From: an uncultured archaeon
GTDB lineage: Archaea > Asgardarchaeota > Heimdallarchaeia > Heimdallarchaeales > Kariarchaeaceae
Direction: 5' to 3'
NCBI GenBank assembly: GCA_964645535.1
Contig: CAZYCQ010000009.1
Location: 6,536 to 70,535 of the forward strand
Length of the DNA stretch: 64,000 bases
The notes beneath the pieces were generated by a model that saw nothing but the letters and a program-made list of their open reading frames with translations, ran no database searches and was not told the DNA's origin. Each line of letters opens with the position of its first letter. Positions within the stretch are counted from its first letter, which is position 1. Made by a program: the position numbers and the translations under genes. Shown piece by piece: positions 53,358 through 62,585 of the stretch.

Positions 53358-53504
53358 TTACTTGGGTGCAGTACCCAATCTGGAACAACGCTGACAGATT
53401 CCTTGTATGAACCGCGCACAGACGTTGCAATAGGACGCACCACAAACTCTGCATCTTTTGACCGCTTGCCTAATTCTACACTCTGAACAAGTATTGTAAT
53501 GCAT
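53358..53504 (-). CDS. 48-aa cysteine-rich zinc-finger protein (not in ORF track)
   Basis: Hand translation MHYNTCSECRIRQAVKRCRVCGASYCNVCARFIQGICQRCSRLGTAPK has four CxxC pairs. It lies between two same-strand genes. Confidence 0.4.
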   Translation of the reverse strand: MHYNTCSECRIRQAVKRCRVCGASYCNVCARFIQGICQRCSRLGTAPK

Positions 53505-53548
53505 GATTACTAGTATTGTGTTTTATTGCTTATCAATATTGGCTATGA

Positions 53549-54214
53549 TCAAAGATTACTGGCAAGGAAATTGGCAATGTCATTTGAAATCCATTTTGAG
53601 ACGATATGGGGTTCTCTTCCCTGTACATTGAAATTGTGGTCTGCTCCTTTGATCAACTTCAGTTCCGCAAAGCTTGCCATCATAGCTAGCTGATTTGCAA
53701 GTCTGTCATATGTTCCCTGATTTCCTTTATCCCCTTGGCAAAACAGGACTGGACCTATGATCGCCTGTAATTCATCCATTTGTAACTTTTCTGGACGATT
53801 TGGTGGATAAAGAGGAAAACTGAGGGCAACTACTGGAGGAATCTCTTCCTGCATTGCAATCATTGAAGCACTTCGAATGGCTGCCTTTGCTCCTATATCA
53901 TGACCTCCTATTGCCCATTTTTTGTCTGCTAGTTCGCTCTGGGAATGTACCCACTGCCATACTTTAAGAAAAACTTCCTCCTGTACGCTTGGTTTGTCTG
54001 GTATCCGTTTCTTTTTCACTTTGAAGGGCATTCGAAAAAGGAGTGTCGTTACCTTTTTTTTCTGGAGATCTTTTGCAATGTTATGAAAAATCGGCTCATC
54101 AATATCTGTACGTTCTCCATGAGTAAGGATAAGCCCCAATCTTCCATCAGCAAGGTACAACCTTCCGTTGATTTGCGGATCCTTTTCTATCTGGACTTCT
54201 GTGTATCTTTTCAC
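53549..54214 (-). CDS. KANL3/Tex30-type alpha/beta hydrolase-fold protein with Asp at the nucleophile position
   Basis: GLILTHGERTD..., AIGGHDIGAKAA (expected GG.S.GG), FPLYPP, CQGDKG, GADHNF. Confidence 0.55.
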   Translation of the reverse strand: MKRYTEVQIEKDPQINGRLYLADGRLGLILTHGERTDIDEPIFHNIAKDLQKKKVTTLLFRMPFKVKKKRIPDKPSVQEEVFLKVWQWVHSQSELADKKWAIGGHDIGAKAAIRSASMIAMQEEIPPVVALSFPLYPPNRPEKLQMDELQAIIGPVLFCQGDKGNQGTYDRLANQLAMMASFAELKLIKGADHNFNVQGREPHIVSKWISNDIANFLASNL

Positions 54215-54312
54215 TGATCAGGGGATGAAATAACTATATATTTCTGTTCCGAAAGGCACTTTTCAATGAGTGGAATCTATGGATATTTGAATAGCCATAT
54301 CTGTTGTTATTT

Positions 54313-55005
54313 ATGTCATTTGATTCAATTATTGCACGGTTGGAAACTTCAATTGATGCAACCGATCGGGTAAAGGCAGCTGCTGAATTGGGTGAAGTCG
54401 GAACTCCTGAAGTTGCTCCAATACTTCTCAAGGCTGTTTGGGAGGATTCACAAAGTGGTGTCAGACAAGCCGCAATCACTAGTTATGTGGAGGTGTTGGG
54501 TGAGGATGCCTATCCTGAACTTGAAAAGGTGATTACTTCACATTTCGATGCTTACGTACGTCTGAATGCTATCTCGATGCTTTCAAAGCTTCCGAAAGAC
54601 ATGTCTCTGCAACTGCTCCAAAAAGGACTGGATTCTGATGATGATAAGGTTCGTACCCTTTCAATCCGAGAATTGTATTTGATTGGTGCAAAAGAATTGG
54701 CGCCACGGTTTGTGGAATTACTGCGCACCGAAAGCTATCATTTGGCCAAGAGAAACTTGATAGAGGCCTTGGCAATTTGGAAGGTTAATGAAGCTAAAGA
54801 CATAATCAAGCAGGTGATAAGTCAAGATTCTGACCCCGAAATTCAGGGGATAGGAGTTTTTGGACTTGCAGCGCTTGGTGAACCAGGTGCAAAAGAAAAG
54901 CTAGAAAATATGGATATTGATCCTTTTATTAGGATAAAGTTCGACAATGAATGGTTTCGAGGGAAGGAAGGGCTACTTTCTCTCTTAAAACGCATTAATG
55001 ATTGA
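54313..55005 (+). CDS. HEAT (PBS-lyase-type) repeat protein
   Basis: RVKAAAELGEVGTPEVAPILLKAVWEDSQSGVRQAAITSY... repeated about 6 times. ATG 54313 (tracked TTG 54304). Confidence 0.65.
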   Translation: MSFDSIIARLETSIDATDRVKAAAELGEVGTPEVAPILLKAVWEDSQSGVRQAAITSYVEVLGEDAYPELEKVITSHFDAYVRLNAISMLSKLPKDMSLQLLQKGLDSDDDKVRTLSIRELYLIGAKELAPRFVELLRTESYHLAKRNLIEALAIWKVNEAKDIIKQVISQDSDPEIQGIGVFGLAALGEPGAKEKLENMDIDPFIRIKFDNEWFRGKEGLLSLLKRIND

Positions 55006-55842
55006 TAATAGCTGGATTGCCTTACCTATAATGGAGAAACCTGCATAACCGACAATGACGATCTTGTACAACACTCCTTCTAATTTCATGCCATCTTTCA
55101 TTACTCGATAGAGAAGATAATAGGAATAGGCAAAGGTAATGATAGATACAAATTGAACTGTAAACTGGTATGCAAGGGAAGGTTGCTGTAAGACAATGAC
55201 TTGTGGTGACACTAAGGTCTCAAAACTTTGTGTGCTTTGTCTGACTTCAACTAAGGTGTTGGGTTCAAATGGTAGCCATACCAATACAATAACATAGTAT
55301 ACAAGGTCAACCACACTTCTAAATCCATTTACGGAGGCTGCCAAAGTGAACGGATTTTTCTGTGAGATTGGGGATTGTTTTGGACGACTGATGGCTATCA
55401 GACCTGCTACAATCAATGTTCCGAGTAACCAATTCGTGACCATGGAGGAGATCATCCCCTGAATGATGTTCCCTGTGGTCTCCACAACAAATTCTCCATC
55501 AAGGTACACTCGTGACGTTATTCTAGAAGCCACATACCCCTGAGTGAATGAAGCAATCACCATTGTTATGACAAACAGAATAACCCCATTTGGCGCATTA
55601 GGATCTTCCATAAGGGCCGTTGTCTTTTTGGGTTCGCGAACGAACAATCGTAGTGCATCAACAAGTGTCCCCCCATCCCAAACCTCTGGTTGCCGTACCA
55701 TCATTGGCGTAATCGGTTGTTGGGGTGCAAATGTTGTCCAACTTGCTTGTGCCCCTTTTTCTCGCAGAATTTTTGCCCCACATTGAATACAAAAATTTAC
55801 GTCGTCTTGATTTTCAGAACCACAATGTTGACAAATAGTCAT
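54985..55842 (-). CDS. Yip1-domain-like membrane protein with N-terminal zinc ribbon
   Basis: MTICQHCGSENQDDVNFCIQCGAKI, a linker, then 5 TM helices in a Yip1-like arrangement. Start moved to ATG 55842. Confidence 0.55.
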   Translation of the reverse strand: MTICQHCGSENQDDVNFCIQCGAKILREKGAQASWTTFAPQQPITPMMVRQPEVWDGGTLVDALRLFVREPKKTTALMEDPNAPNGVILFVITMVIASFTQGYVASRITSRVYLDGEFVVETTGNIIQGMISSMVTNWLLGTLIVAGLIAISRPKQSPISQKNPFTLAASVNGFRSVVDLVYYVIVLVWLPFEPNTLVEVRQSTQSFETLVSPQVIVLQQPSLAYQFTVQFVSIITFAYSYYLLYRVMKDGMKLEGVLYKIVIVGYAGFSIIGKAIQLLSIINAF

Positions 55843-56010
55843 TATATTGACGATGAATGTGAGAAAAATAAAGTCTTTCCATTGTATTATCTCAAAATTC
55901 AAAATCGCGTCTTTTTGTTAAAAAAGCCTTTCAGATATGAGTCGATTAGTTTAAGAATACCTTTCTTCGACAATATGATGGGCAGATTAAATCTGCTAGG
56001 AGAGAATAAC

Positions 56011-56997
56011 ATGAAAGGAAAATTCATCTTTTCAGCACTGTTCCTTGTAGCAATCATGGCAGTCATGAGCTTCAGTGGACCAGTTTCTGCTGATGAATTG
56101 GTATCAGGCAAGACATTCGTTGTTTACAACGGCGGAGGTGTCTTTGCTCCTGAAATCAACGGATTTTACACAAACTATACGGAGGCAGGCAATACCATCA
56201 TCAACGGTACCGACATGACCCTTGAAAATCTTAAGGGCAATCTGACCGCTGATGTGGATGCCCTGTTCCTTCCTGCAAACGACCTTTCTGGTGCTGATTT
56301 GAGCTTCATCAAGGAATGGTTCGACCTTGGCGGCAAGATGCTGTGGGTAGGTGGTGACAGTGACTTTGGTGGTTTCTTTATTGCTGACAACCTGAACCCT
56401 GTCCTTGAAGAGGTGGGCTCTGTCCTCAGACTGGATTCCGGTGCAGTGGACGACCCTGTCAGCAATGACGGTGCTTCCTACCGTGTCGTCGCCAACCAAT
56501 TGGGTGACGGCCCCATTGCAAGCGCCATTAAGGAACATGTTGACGGCGATTTCAAGATGCCGTTCCACGGTCCCACCTCTGTCTATTACATGAAGGATGG
56601 TGCTCCTGCCGATCTGAGGAATGCTACCCTTGACAATGTCGAAGTTGTTGTCATGGCTTCTCCTGATTCAAAAGGAATTGATCAGGATCTGAGTGCTGGC
56701 ACTGGTGACTTCTATGCAAGCATCAACGCAACTGGCGATCTTCCCTTGCTTGCAGTCGAGACAATCGACAACAACGTGGTAGTTGTCTCTGGTGAGAGCG
56801 TCTTCAAAGACTACAAGAACATGTACGGTAACAGCTTGGAGAAATCTGGCGAGTTCCATTACGGTTCAATCGTTGTTGACACTATCATCAGCTATGTTTT
56901 CGAAAACATTGCCACTCAGAGCAAAGCTCCCATAAACTTCTTCGTTCCTGTTATTGGTTTGATTGCAGTTGCTGCCATCATCCGCAGAAGGAAATAA
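56011..56997 (+). CDS. secreted, C-terminally anchored surface protein with strong codon bias
   Basis: AGGAG + ATG 56011. Signal peptide MKGKFIFSALFLVAIMAVMSFSGPVSA. Tail PINFFVPVIGLIAVAAIIRRRK. Codons are visibly C/G-ending. The tracked ORF (from 55690) is an artefactual 5' extension. Confidence 0.6.
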   Translation: MKGKFIFSALFLVAIMAVMSFSGPVSADELVSGKTFVVYNGGGVFAPEINGFYTNYTEAGNTIINGTDMTLENLKGNLTADVDALFLPANDLSGADLSFIKEWFDLGGKMLWVGGDSDFGGFFIADNLNPVLEEVGSVLRLDSGAVDDPVSNDGASYRVVANQLGDGPIASAIKEHVDGDFKMPFHGPTSVYYMKDGAPADLRNATLDNVEVVVMASPDSKGIDQDLSAGTGDFYASINATGDLPLLAVETIDNNVVVVSGESVFKDYKNMYGNSLEKSGEFHYGSIVVDTIISYVFENIATQSKAPINFFVPVIGLIAVAAIIRRRK

Positions 56998-57081
56998 ACC
57001 TAACAAATAATTAAATTTCAAACAATCATTCTTCATTCAACAATTGGAAAAACTTAGTAAAGATTACGGAAGAAAAAAATT

Positions 57082-60033
57082 GTGGACACGGATTTTTCTT
57101 TTGAGAACCCACATGCATTGTCAATTGATGAGGTGGTTGCACAAGCCAAAGTAAATCTTCAGACGGGACTTTCCAATGAAGATGTCAACGAACGCCTTCA
57201 ATTGGTTGGGAAAAATATTATTGAGGTAAAAAAGCCGGGAATCTGGACAGTTTATCTTGCCCCATTGTTTGATACTTTGATCACTATCTATTTGGTAATG
57301 GCTGCGATCATGCTCTCATTATCCTTTGTTGTACCTGAGGTCAGAGGCCAAGTAACTTTTTGGCTTGTGGTCATTGCGCTGAACATGCTTCTTGCAATAT
57401 TTCAGCAATATCGTGCACAAAAGAAAATTGAATCACTTAAAAATCTAAGTCCTCCCACCGCAAAAGTAATTCGGTCTGGTATCAAAACTGAAATTCTGGC
57501 AGAAAATCTTGTCGTGGGGGACATTATCGAGCTTTCTCTTGGTGACAAAGTTCCAGCAGACGCAAGGCTGATATCGACTAGTAACTTTACCGTCAATGAG
57601 GCCTCATTGACTGGAGAGAGCACCCCTGTAAGGAAATTTTCCGATGATGACTTACGACAGGGACTCCCGAAAGATACCCCTATCGACGGAAGAAAGAATA
57701 TGGTTTATCTTGGAACTTTTGTTCAGACAGGTTCTGCGACTGCTGTCGTTGTGGCAACAGGCAATCGTACAGAATTGGGTTCAATTGCTTCAACCATGAA
57801 TGAAATGCATACTGTAGAAATTCCCCTAAGATCCAAAATCAACCGTTTGGGTAAAGGTCTAGGAACACTTATGGTGTTCTTTCTTGTCATCGCAATTTTT
57901 GTTAGACTTTATCTTCGACTTTCCTCTAATCGTCCTCTTACCTTTATCGTTTTTGCAAAAGATCTAACCGATAGCATTGTCAATGCAATGGCAGTCATGC
58001 CAATTAATATTCCTCTTCTAACGACGGTGGTCTTGATTACTGGCGTTTTACAGATGGCGACCATAAATGTCATAGTCAAGAAATTATCGGTTGTGGAAAC
58101 TCTTGGAAGAATATCTGTACTCTGTTCCGATAAAACAGGGACCATAACTACCTCCAAAATGTCTGTGGTACGTCTTTGGGATGGTAAGAACTATTATGGA
58201 GTTATCCAGGACGGTACGGGACCATCGATTTTTCCCATTGAGAATACTGACGATCTGTTTCAGACTAATGTCGATGAAGAAATGCAAACAATACTCAACG
58301 AAATCGACGAAAATTCACAGCTCTTTCTCATGATTGCAGTTGCATCTAGAAACAACGATGCAACTTTGGTTGAACAAAAACTTAAGGAAAAGGCATTTTT
58401 GGGATATGACGTGATCGGAAATCCAACGGATGGTGCTCTTCTTACTCTTTTACTCAAATCAGGTATTGATCCGCAAATAGTTTCCTCAAGATTCAATAGA
58501 ATCAAATCTTATCCATTTGATTCCTCTCTCAAACGAATGTCAGGTCTTTTTGAGGATACCAGGACTGGAAAACGATATGTCTTCACGAAAGGGGCAACAG
58601 ATTTTATTCTCCCCTTATGCAATCGATATTCTGTCGATCTTACTCCCTTTGCCCTGACTGACGACCATGTTGCCACGATTTTAGATAAAACAAATGCCTT
58701 TGCCGATCACGGTTTTCGTGTTATCTCTTTTGCATATCGCGAAGTTGATCAATCTTTTCCTGATGAAGGAATGGATGAAGCTCAAGAACGTAAGGAGGCA
58801 GAATCCGATCTAATCTTTTTGGGCTTCTCCTGCATTTTGGATCCGCCACGTCAAGGTGTGGAAGAAGCCGTCGCCAAGCTTGATGAGGCAGGGATTTTTC
58901 CTGTCATGATTACAGGTGATTCTCCGGCAACCGCTGGAACCATTGCTAAACAAGTCGGAATTTTAGATCCTGATGAAAAAGTCGTAGAAGGAAAAGATAT
59001 CCCTGATCTCTCTGATGAGGATTTCTTTAAGGTCTCTGTCTTTGCCCGGGTTTCTCCCCAAGATAAGAAAGTGATTGTGGAAAGATACCAGGAAAAGGGA
59101 CGTGTTGTCGCCATGACTGGTGATGGTGTAAACGATGCATTGGCAATTACGCTTGCAGATGCTGGTGTAGCCATGGGAATCACTGGAACTGAAGTTACCA
59201 AAGAAGCTGCTGATATCATTCTTGCTGACGATTCCTATGTCAGCCTTGTTAGTGGAGTGGAAGAAGGCAGAAATCTTTTTGAAAAGATCAGGATGATGAT
59301 TTTCTTTTATATTGCCGTGAATTTCGCTGAAGCAATCATGTATTTCTCGACACAATTCCTGATGGACGGATCTGATTTCCTTCAGTTGCTCAACAATTTC
59401 CAACGAACCTATATTTTCTCAATTGCTCATGCCTTTCCTCCATTGGCAATTATCTTTGGAAACAAGGACAAAGACATCATGCGTCTCAAGCCAAGGGAAC
59501 ATAGTGAACTTCTTCCCAAGAATTTGGTCATGGCTCTTTTCCTCTTTGGGATTACACTTGCCACATCGTTGCTCTTTATCTATTTCAGTCACGATGATCT
59601 GTTTCTGGGGATTTTCGGGCTGAATTCTTTTAATAAGATGGGATTTATCCCCGAACTTTCATCATTGGGGAACTACAAGCAACCGAGAAATTTGAACCAA
59701 GCCAAAGCACGTACAATGTTACTGACAGTCATTTATATTGCAGAGACAACTTTGGTGCTTAGTATCCGAAGGATAAACAAAAACATCATAGAAGGTTCAA
59801 AGGATGTTAACCTCTTTATCCTTCTGACAACTTTCCTTCCTCTTGCTATCCATTTTATGCTCATCTACATATTTCCAATTCAGAATTTTTTGGTTTCCTT
59901 TTTTGGAATCAACATTGATTTGGTTCTTCTTGGACCAACGGATGTGCTTTTGGCTCTGTTTTTCGGACTCCTTCCCATTTTCGTTCTCGAAGGATACAAA
60001 TGGCTCGTTCGAAAGAAAGGGATGCAATTTTAG
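57082..60033 (+). CDS. P-type cation-transporting ATPase (P2/P3-like)
   Basis: LTGES, CSDKTGTIT, MITGDSP, MTGDGVNDALA, 10 TM. The M4 motif reads MPINIPLL. GTG start. Confidence 0.9.
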   Translation: MDTDFSFENPHALSIDEVVAQAKVNLQTGLSNEDVNERLQLVGKNIIEVKKPGIWTVYLAPLFDTLITIYLVMAAIMLSLSFVVPEVRGQVTFWLVVIALNMLLAIFQQYRAQKKIESLKNLSPPTAKVIRSGIKTEILAENLVVGDIIELSLGDKVPADARLISTSNFTVNEASLTGESTPVRKFSDDDLRQGLPKDTPIDGRKNMVYLGTFVQTGSATAVVVATGNRTELGSIASTMNEMHTVEIPLRSKINRLGKGLGTLMVFFLVIAIFVRLYLRLSSNRPLTFIVFAKDLTDSIVNAMAVMPINIPLLTTVVLITGVLQMATINVIVKKLSVVETLGRISVLCSDKTGTITTSKMSVVRLWDGKNYYGVIQDGTGPSIFPIENTDDLFQTNVDEEMQTILNEIDENSQLFLMIAVASRNNDATLVEQKLKEKAFLGYDVIGNPTDGALLTLLLKSGIDPQIVSSRFNRIKSYPFDSSLKRMSGLFEDTRTGKRYVFTKGATDFILPLCNRYSVDLTPFALTDDHVATILDKTNAFADHGFRVISFAYREVDQSFPDEGMDEAQERKEAESDLIFLGFSCILDPPRQGVEEAVAKLDEAGIFPVMITGDSPATAGTIAKQVGILDPDEKVVEGKDIPDLSDEDFFKVSVFARVSPQDKKVIVERYQEKGRVVAMTGDGVNDALAITLADAGVAMGITGTEVTKEAADIILADDSYVSLVSGVEEGRNLFEKIRMMIFFYIAVNFAEAIMYFSTQFLMDGSDFLQLLNNFQRTYIFSIAHAFPPLAIIFGNKDKDIMRLKPREHSELLPKNLVMALFLFGITLATSLLFIYFSHDDLFLGIFGLNSFNKMGFIPELSSLGNYKQPRNLNQAKARTMLLTVIYIAETTLVLSIRRINKNIIEGSKDVNLFILLTTFLPLAIHFMLIYIFPIQNFLVSFFGINIDLVLLGPTDVLLALFFGLLPIFVLEGYKWLVRKKGMQF

Positions 60034-60141
60034 AATGCGTACGCATTTATCTAGAAATTAATAAATAACAATGTATTCACTTCAGATAAAGAGCCAAACT
60101 TCATTCTTGGTTTGGTTCAATAATTTTTCGGGGTTTTTCTG

Positions 60142-62055
60142 TTGAAGGATTATCAGACACTTGAGGAAATTAAGCGGGAAGTCCAAAAAATCATGCCATC
60201 TTCTGCAAAAGTAAGTGAAATTGAATTTGAGGGATCCGAAGTTGCAGTTTACTGTAAATCAATTGATGTTGTCGTTGATGACCCATCGCTCATTTCCACA
60301 CTTGCAAGGTCACTCCGTCGACGTGTAGTTATTCGTTCCGATCCCTCCATACGTCTTGATCCTTCAAGTGCAGAAGGTATTGTAAAAGATGAAATCAATG
60401 ATTTGGCCAATATTTCATATATCGATTTTGACCATGCAATGGGTGAAGTAATTGTTGAATTGGATCGCCCCGAACTTTTCCAAAACCGAAACAATGAAAT
60501 TGCCAATAGCATTCTCCTGAAAACAGGATGGAGACCGCACTTTTATCGTACTCCTCCCATTGAATCTCAAATGATCAAATCCATTCGGCACATTCTTTTT
60601 TCAGAAACAGAGAGCAGGAAAAAAGCCCTCAAAAAAATTGGCCATATTATCAACCGTCCTACCTTTTTCAGAGAAAAGATATTGCGTATTACTGCGCTTG
60701 GTGGCTATCTCGAAGTCGGAAGATCTTCCACCCTTCTCCAAACCGGAGATGCAAACATTATCGTCGATTGTGGTGTCAATGTAGGATATGATGCTCCTGT
60801 TCAGTATCTTCCTCGTTTTGATCTTCCGGAATTTGATATTAACACACTTGACGCGGTTGTCATCACCCATGCTCATCTTGACCATTCAGGTTTTGTTCCC
60901 TACTTATTCAAATACGGATATCGGGGACCTGTATATTGTACACCCCCTACGCTTTATCTTATGACACTTCTCCAACTTGACTACCTTGATGTTGCAGAAG
61001 CTGAAGGAAAGCTTCCACCTTATTCCAAGTCGGATATTCGGGAAGCAGTTCTCCATACAATCCCCCTGAACTATGGCGAGGTGACCGACATTGCGGCAGG
61101 TGTCAAGTTGACCTTCCATAACGCAGGTCATATTGTGGGCTCAGCAATCGCACATATGCATATCGGAAATGGATTGCATAACATCGCATTCGCCCATGAT
61201 TTTCGATTTGCCAAATCAAGAACGCTTGATCGTGCAGCCCATAAATTTCTTAGACTTGAAACTTTAGTGATGGAATCAACCTATGGCAATCCTAAAGATG
61301 TTGTACCTAGCAGGGAGGAATCCGAAAAACAATTGAAAGAGATCATTATCAAAACAATAAACAGGGGAGGAAAGGTGTTAATCCCTGTACTTGCAGTTGG
61401 ACGGGCACAAGAGCTAATGGTCATCGTTGAAGAACTCATCAGCTCCCAACAGATCCCTGAAGTTCCTGTCTTTGTTGACGGGATGATCCGAGAGGCAAAT
61501 GCCATCACAACCGCTTTTCCCGAGTTTCTTTCAAAGGAATTGCAGGATCGTATTCTCAACAACCAAGACAACCCATTTTTGGCACCCTTTTTCCACAATA
61601 TTTCTGACAGTACTACTCGGGAAGAGATTGTATTGGGGGATCCATGTATCATATTTGCTACCAGTGGCATGCTTGCCGGCGGCCCTTCCCTTCAATACTT
61701 CACTGCCCTTGCTGAAGACCCTAAAAATTCCTTGGTGATTGTTTCCTATCAAGGTAAAGGTACTTTAGGTCGAAAAGTGGAAGATGGTGCAAAAGAAATA
61801 AAGATGAAGGATGAAAAGGGTAAAACCTATTTGCTCAAGGTCAATATGGAGGTTCATAAGATATCTGGTTTTACTGGCCATAGTGATCGAAATGAGTTGA
61901 TGGAATATGTCAGGAGGTTGGTTCCACGTCCAAAACGTTTCGTTATGGTTCATGGAGAAGAAACAAAGTGCAAAAATTTAGCGAAGAGCGTTGGCAAATC
62001 GGTTAAACGCGAGGCTCTTGCCCCTCCGATTGGAACCACAATTTGCCTTACCTAA
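60142..62055 (+). CDS. KH-KH-MBL-beta-CASP ribonuclease aCPSF1 (transcription termination factor type)
   Basis: Two N-terminal KH-like modules, VITHAHLDHSGFVPYLF, ESTYG, GFTGHSD, 637 aa. TTG start. Confidence 0.9.
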   Translation: MKDYQTLEEIKREVQKIMPSSAKVSEIEFEGSEVAVYCKSIDVVVDDPSLISTLARSLRRRVVIRSDPSIRLDPSSAEGIVKDEINDLANISYIDFDHAMGEVIVELDRPELFQNRNNEIANSILLKTGWRPHFYRTPPIESQMIKSIRHILFSETESRKKALKKIGHIINRPTFFREKILRITALGGYLEVGRSSTLLQTGDANIIVDCGVNVGYDAPVQYLPRFDLPEFDINTLDAVVITHAHLDHSGFVPYLFKYGYRGPVYCTPPTLYLMTLLQLDYLDVAEAEGKLPPYSKSDIREAVLHTIPLNYGEVTDIAAGVKLTFHNAGHIVGSAIAHMHIGNGLHNIAFAHDFRFAKSRTLDRAAHKFLRLETLVMESTYGNPKDVVPSREESEKQLKEIIIKTINRGGKVLIPVLAVGRAQELMVIVEELISSQQIPEVPVFVDGMIREANAITTAFPEFLSKELQDRILNNQDNPFLAPFFHNISDSTTREEIVLGDPCIIFATSGMLAGGPSLQYFTALAEDPKNSLVIVSYQGKGTLGRKVEDGAKEIKMKDEKGKTYLLKVNMEVHKISGFTGHSDRNELMEYVRRLVPRPKRFVMVHGEETKCKNLAKSVGKSVKREALAPPIGTTICLT

Positions 62056-62099
62056 TCAATCCTAAAAGCTAAAAGGTTCTTATTGGTAATTACCTTGAA

Positions 62100-62585
62100 A
62101 TGACTAAGAAAGCTGTTCCCATTTCGGGAAAGGAAAAAAAGGAACTAATCCGGCAACTGAAAGGAATTATTCCAAGCATTGATTCGATACTTACCAAAAA
62201 GGCCATGGTCACCAAATATCTGGTTCCTGAAGGTGAGATATACACTTTGGAGCAAACTCCCATATTGCTTAGAGTTAAGGGTTATCTCATTCCATCGCTT
62301 AAACTTGTACAGAAAGTTGAAACAAAGTTACCGAAGGTAAAGGTAGATACCGGTGCAATCAGATTTGTAACAAATGGGGCTGATGTCATGCGTCCCGGAA
62401 TCACGTGGATTGACTCTGAAGTGGTCGAAAATGAACCGGTATTGATTGTTGAGGAGACCAAGGAATCCCCGTTGGCCATTGGAATTGCTAAGTTCGATGC
62501 AGTTGACATGAATGCAATGGAAAACGGGAAAGTTATCCGAACAATTCATCATCTGACAGATAAATTTTGGTCATTTGTACCATAG
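62100..62585 (+). CDS. PUA-domain RNA-binding protein (MCT-1/Tma20-like)
   Basis: VKVDTGAIRFVTNGADVMRPGI...EPVLIVEETKESPLAIGIAKF; about 160 aa. Confidence 0.75.
   Translation: MTKKAVPISGKEKKELIRQLKGIIPSIDSILTKKAMVTKYLVPEGEIYTLEQTPILLRVKGYLIPSLKLVQKVETKLPKVKVDTGAIRFVTNGADVMRPGITWIDSEVVENEPVLIVEETKESPLAIGIAKFDAVDMNAMENGKVIRTIHHLTDKFWSFVP

Noticed and set aside
55690-56010. 5' extension of the tracked 435-aa ORF 55690..56997.
   Set aside because: The extension overlaps the N-terminus of the minus-strand zinc-ribbon/Yip1-like gene and translates to a non-protein-like sequence. An internal ATG at 56011 has an AGGAG site and starts a textbook signal peptide.
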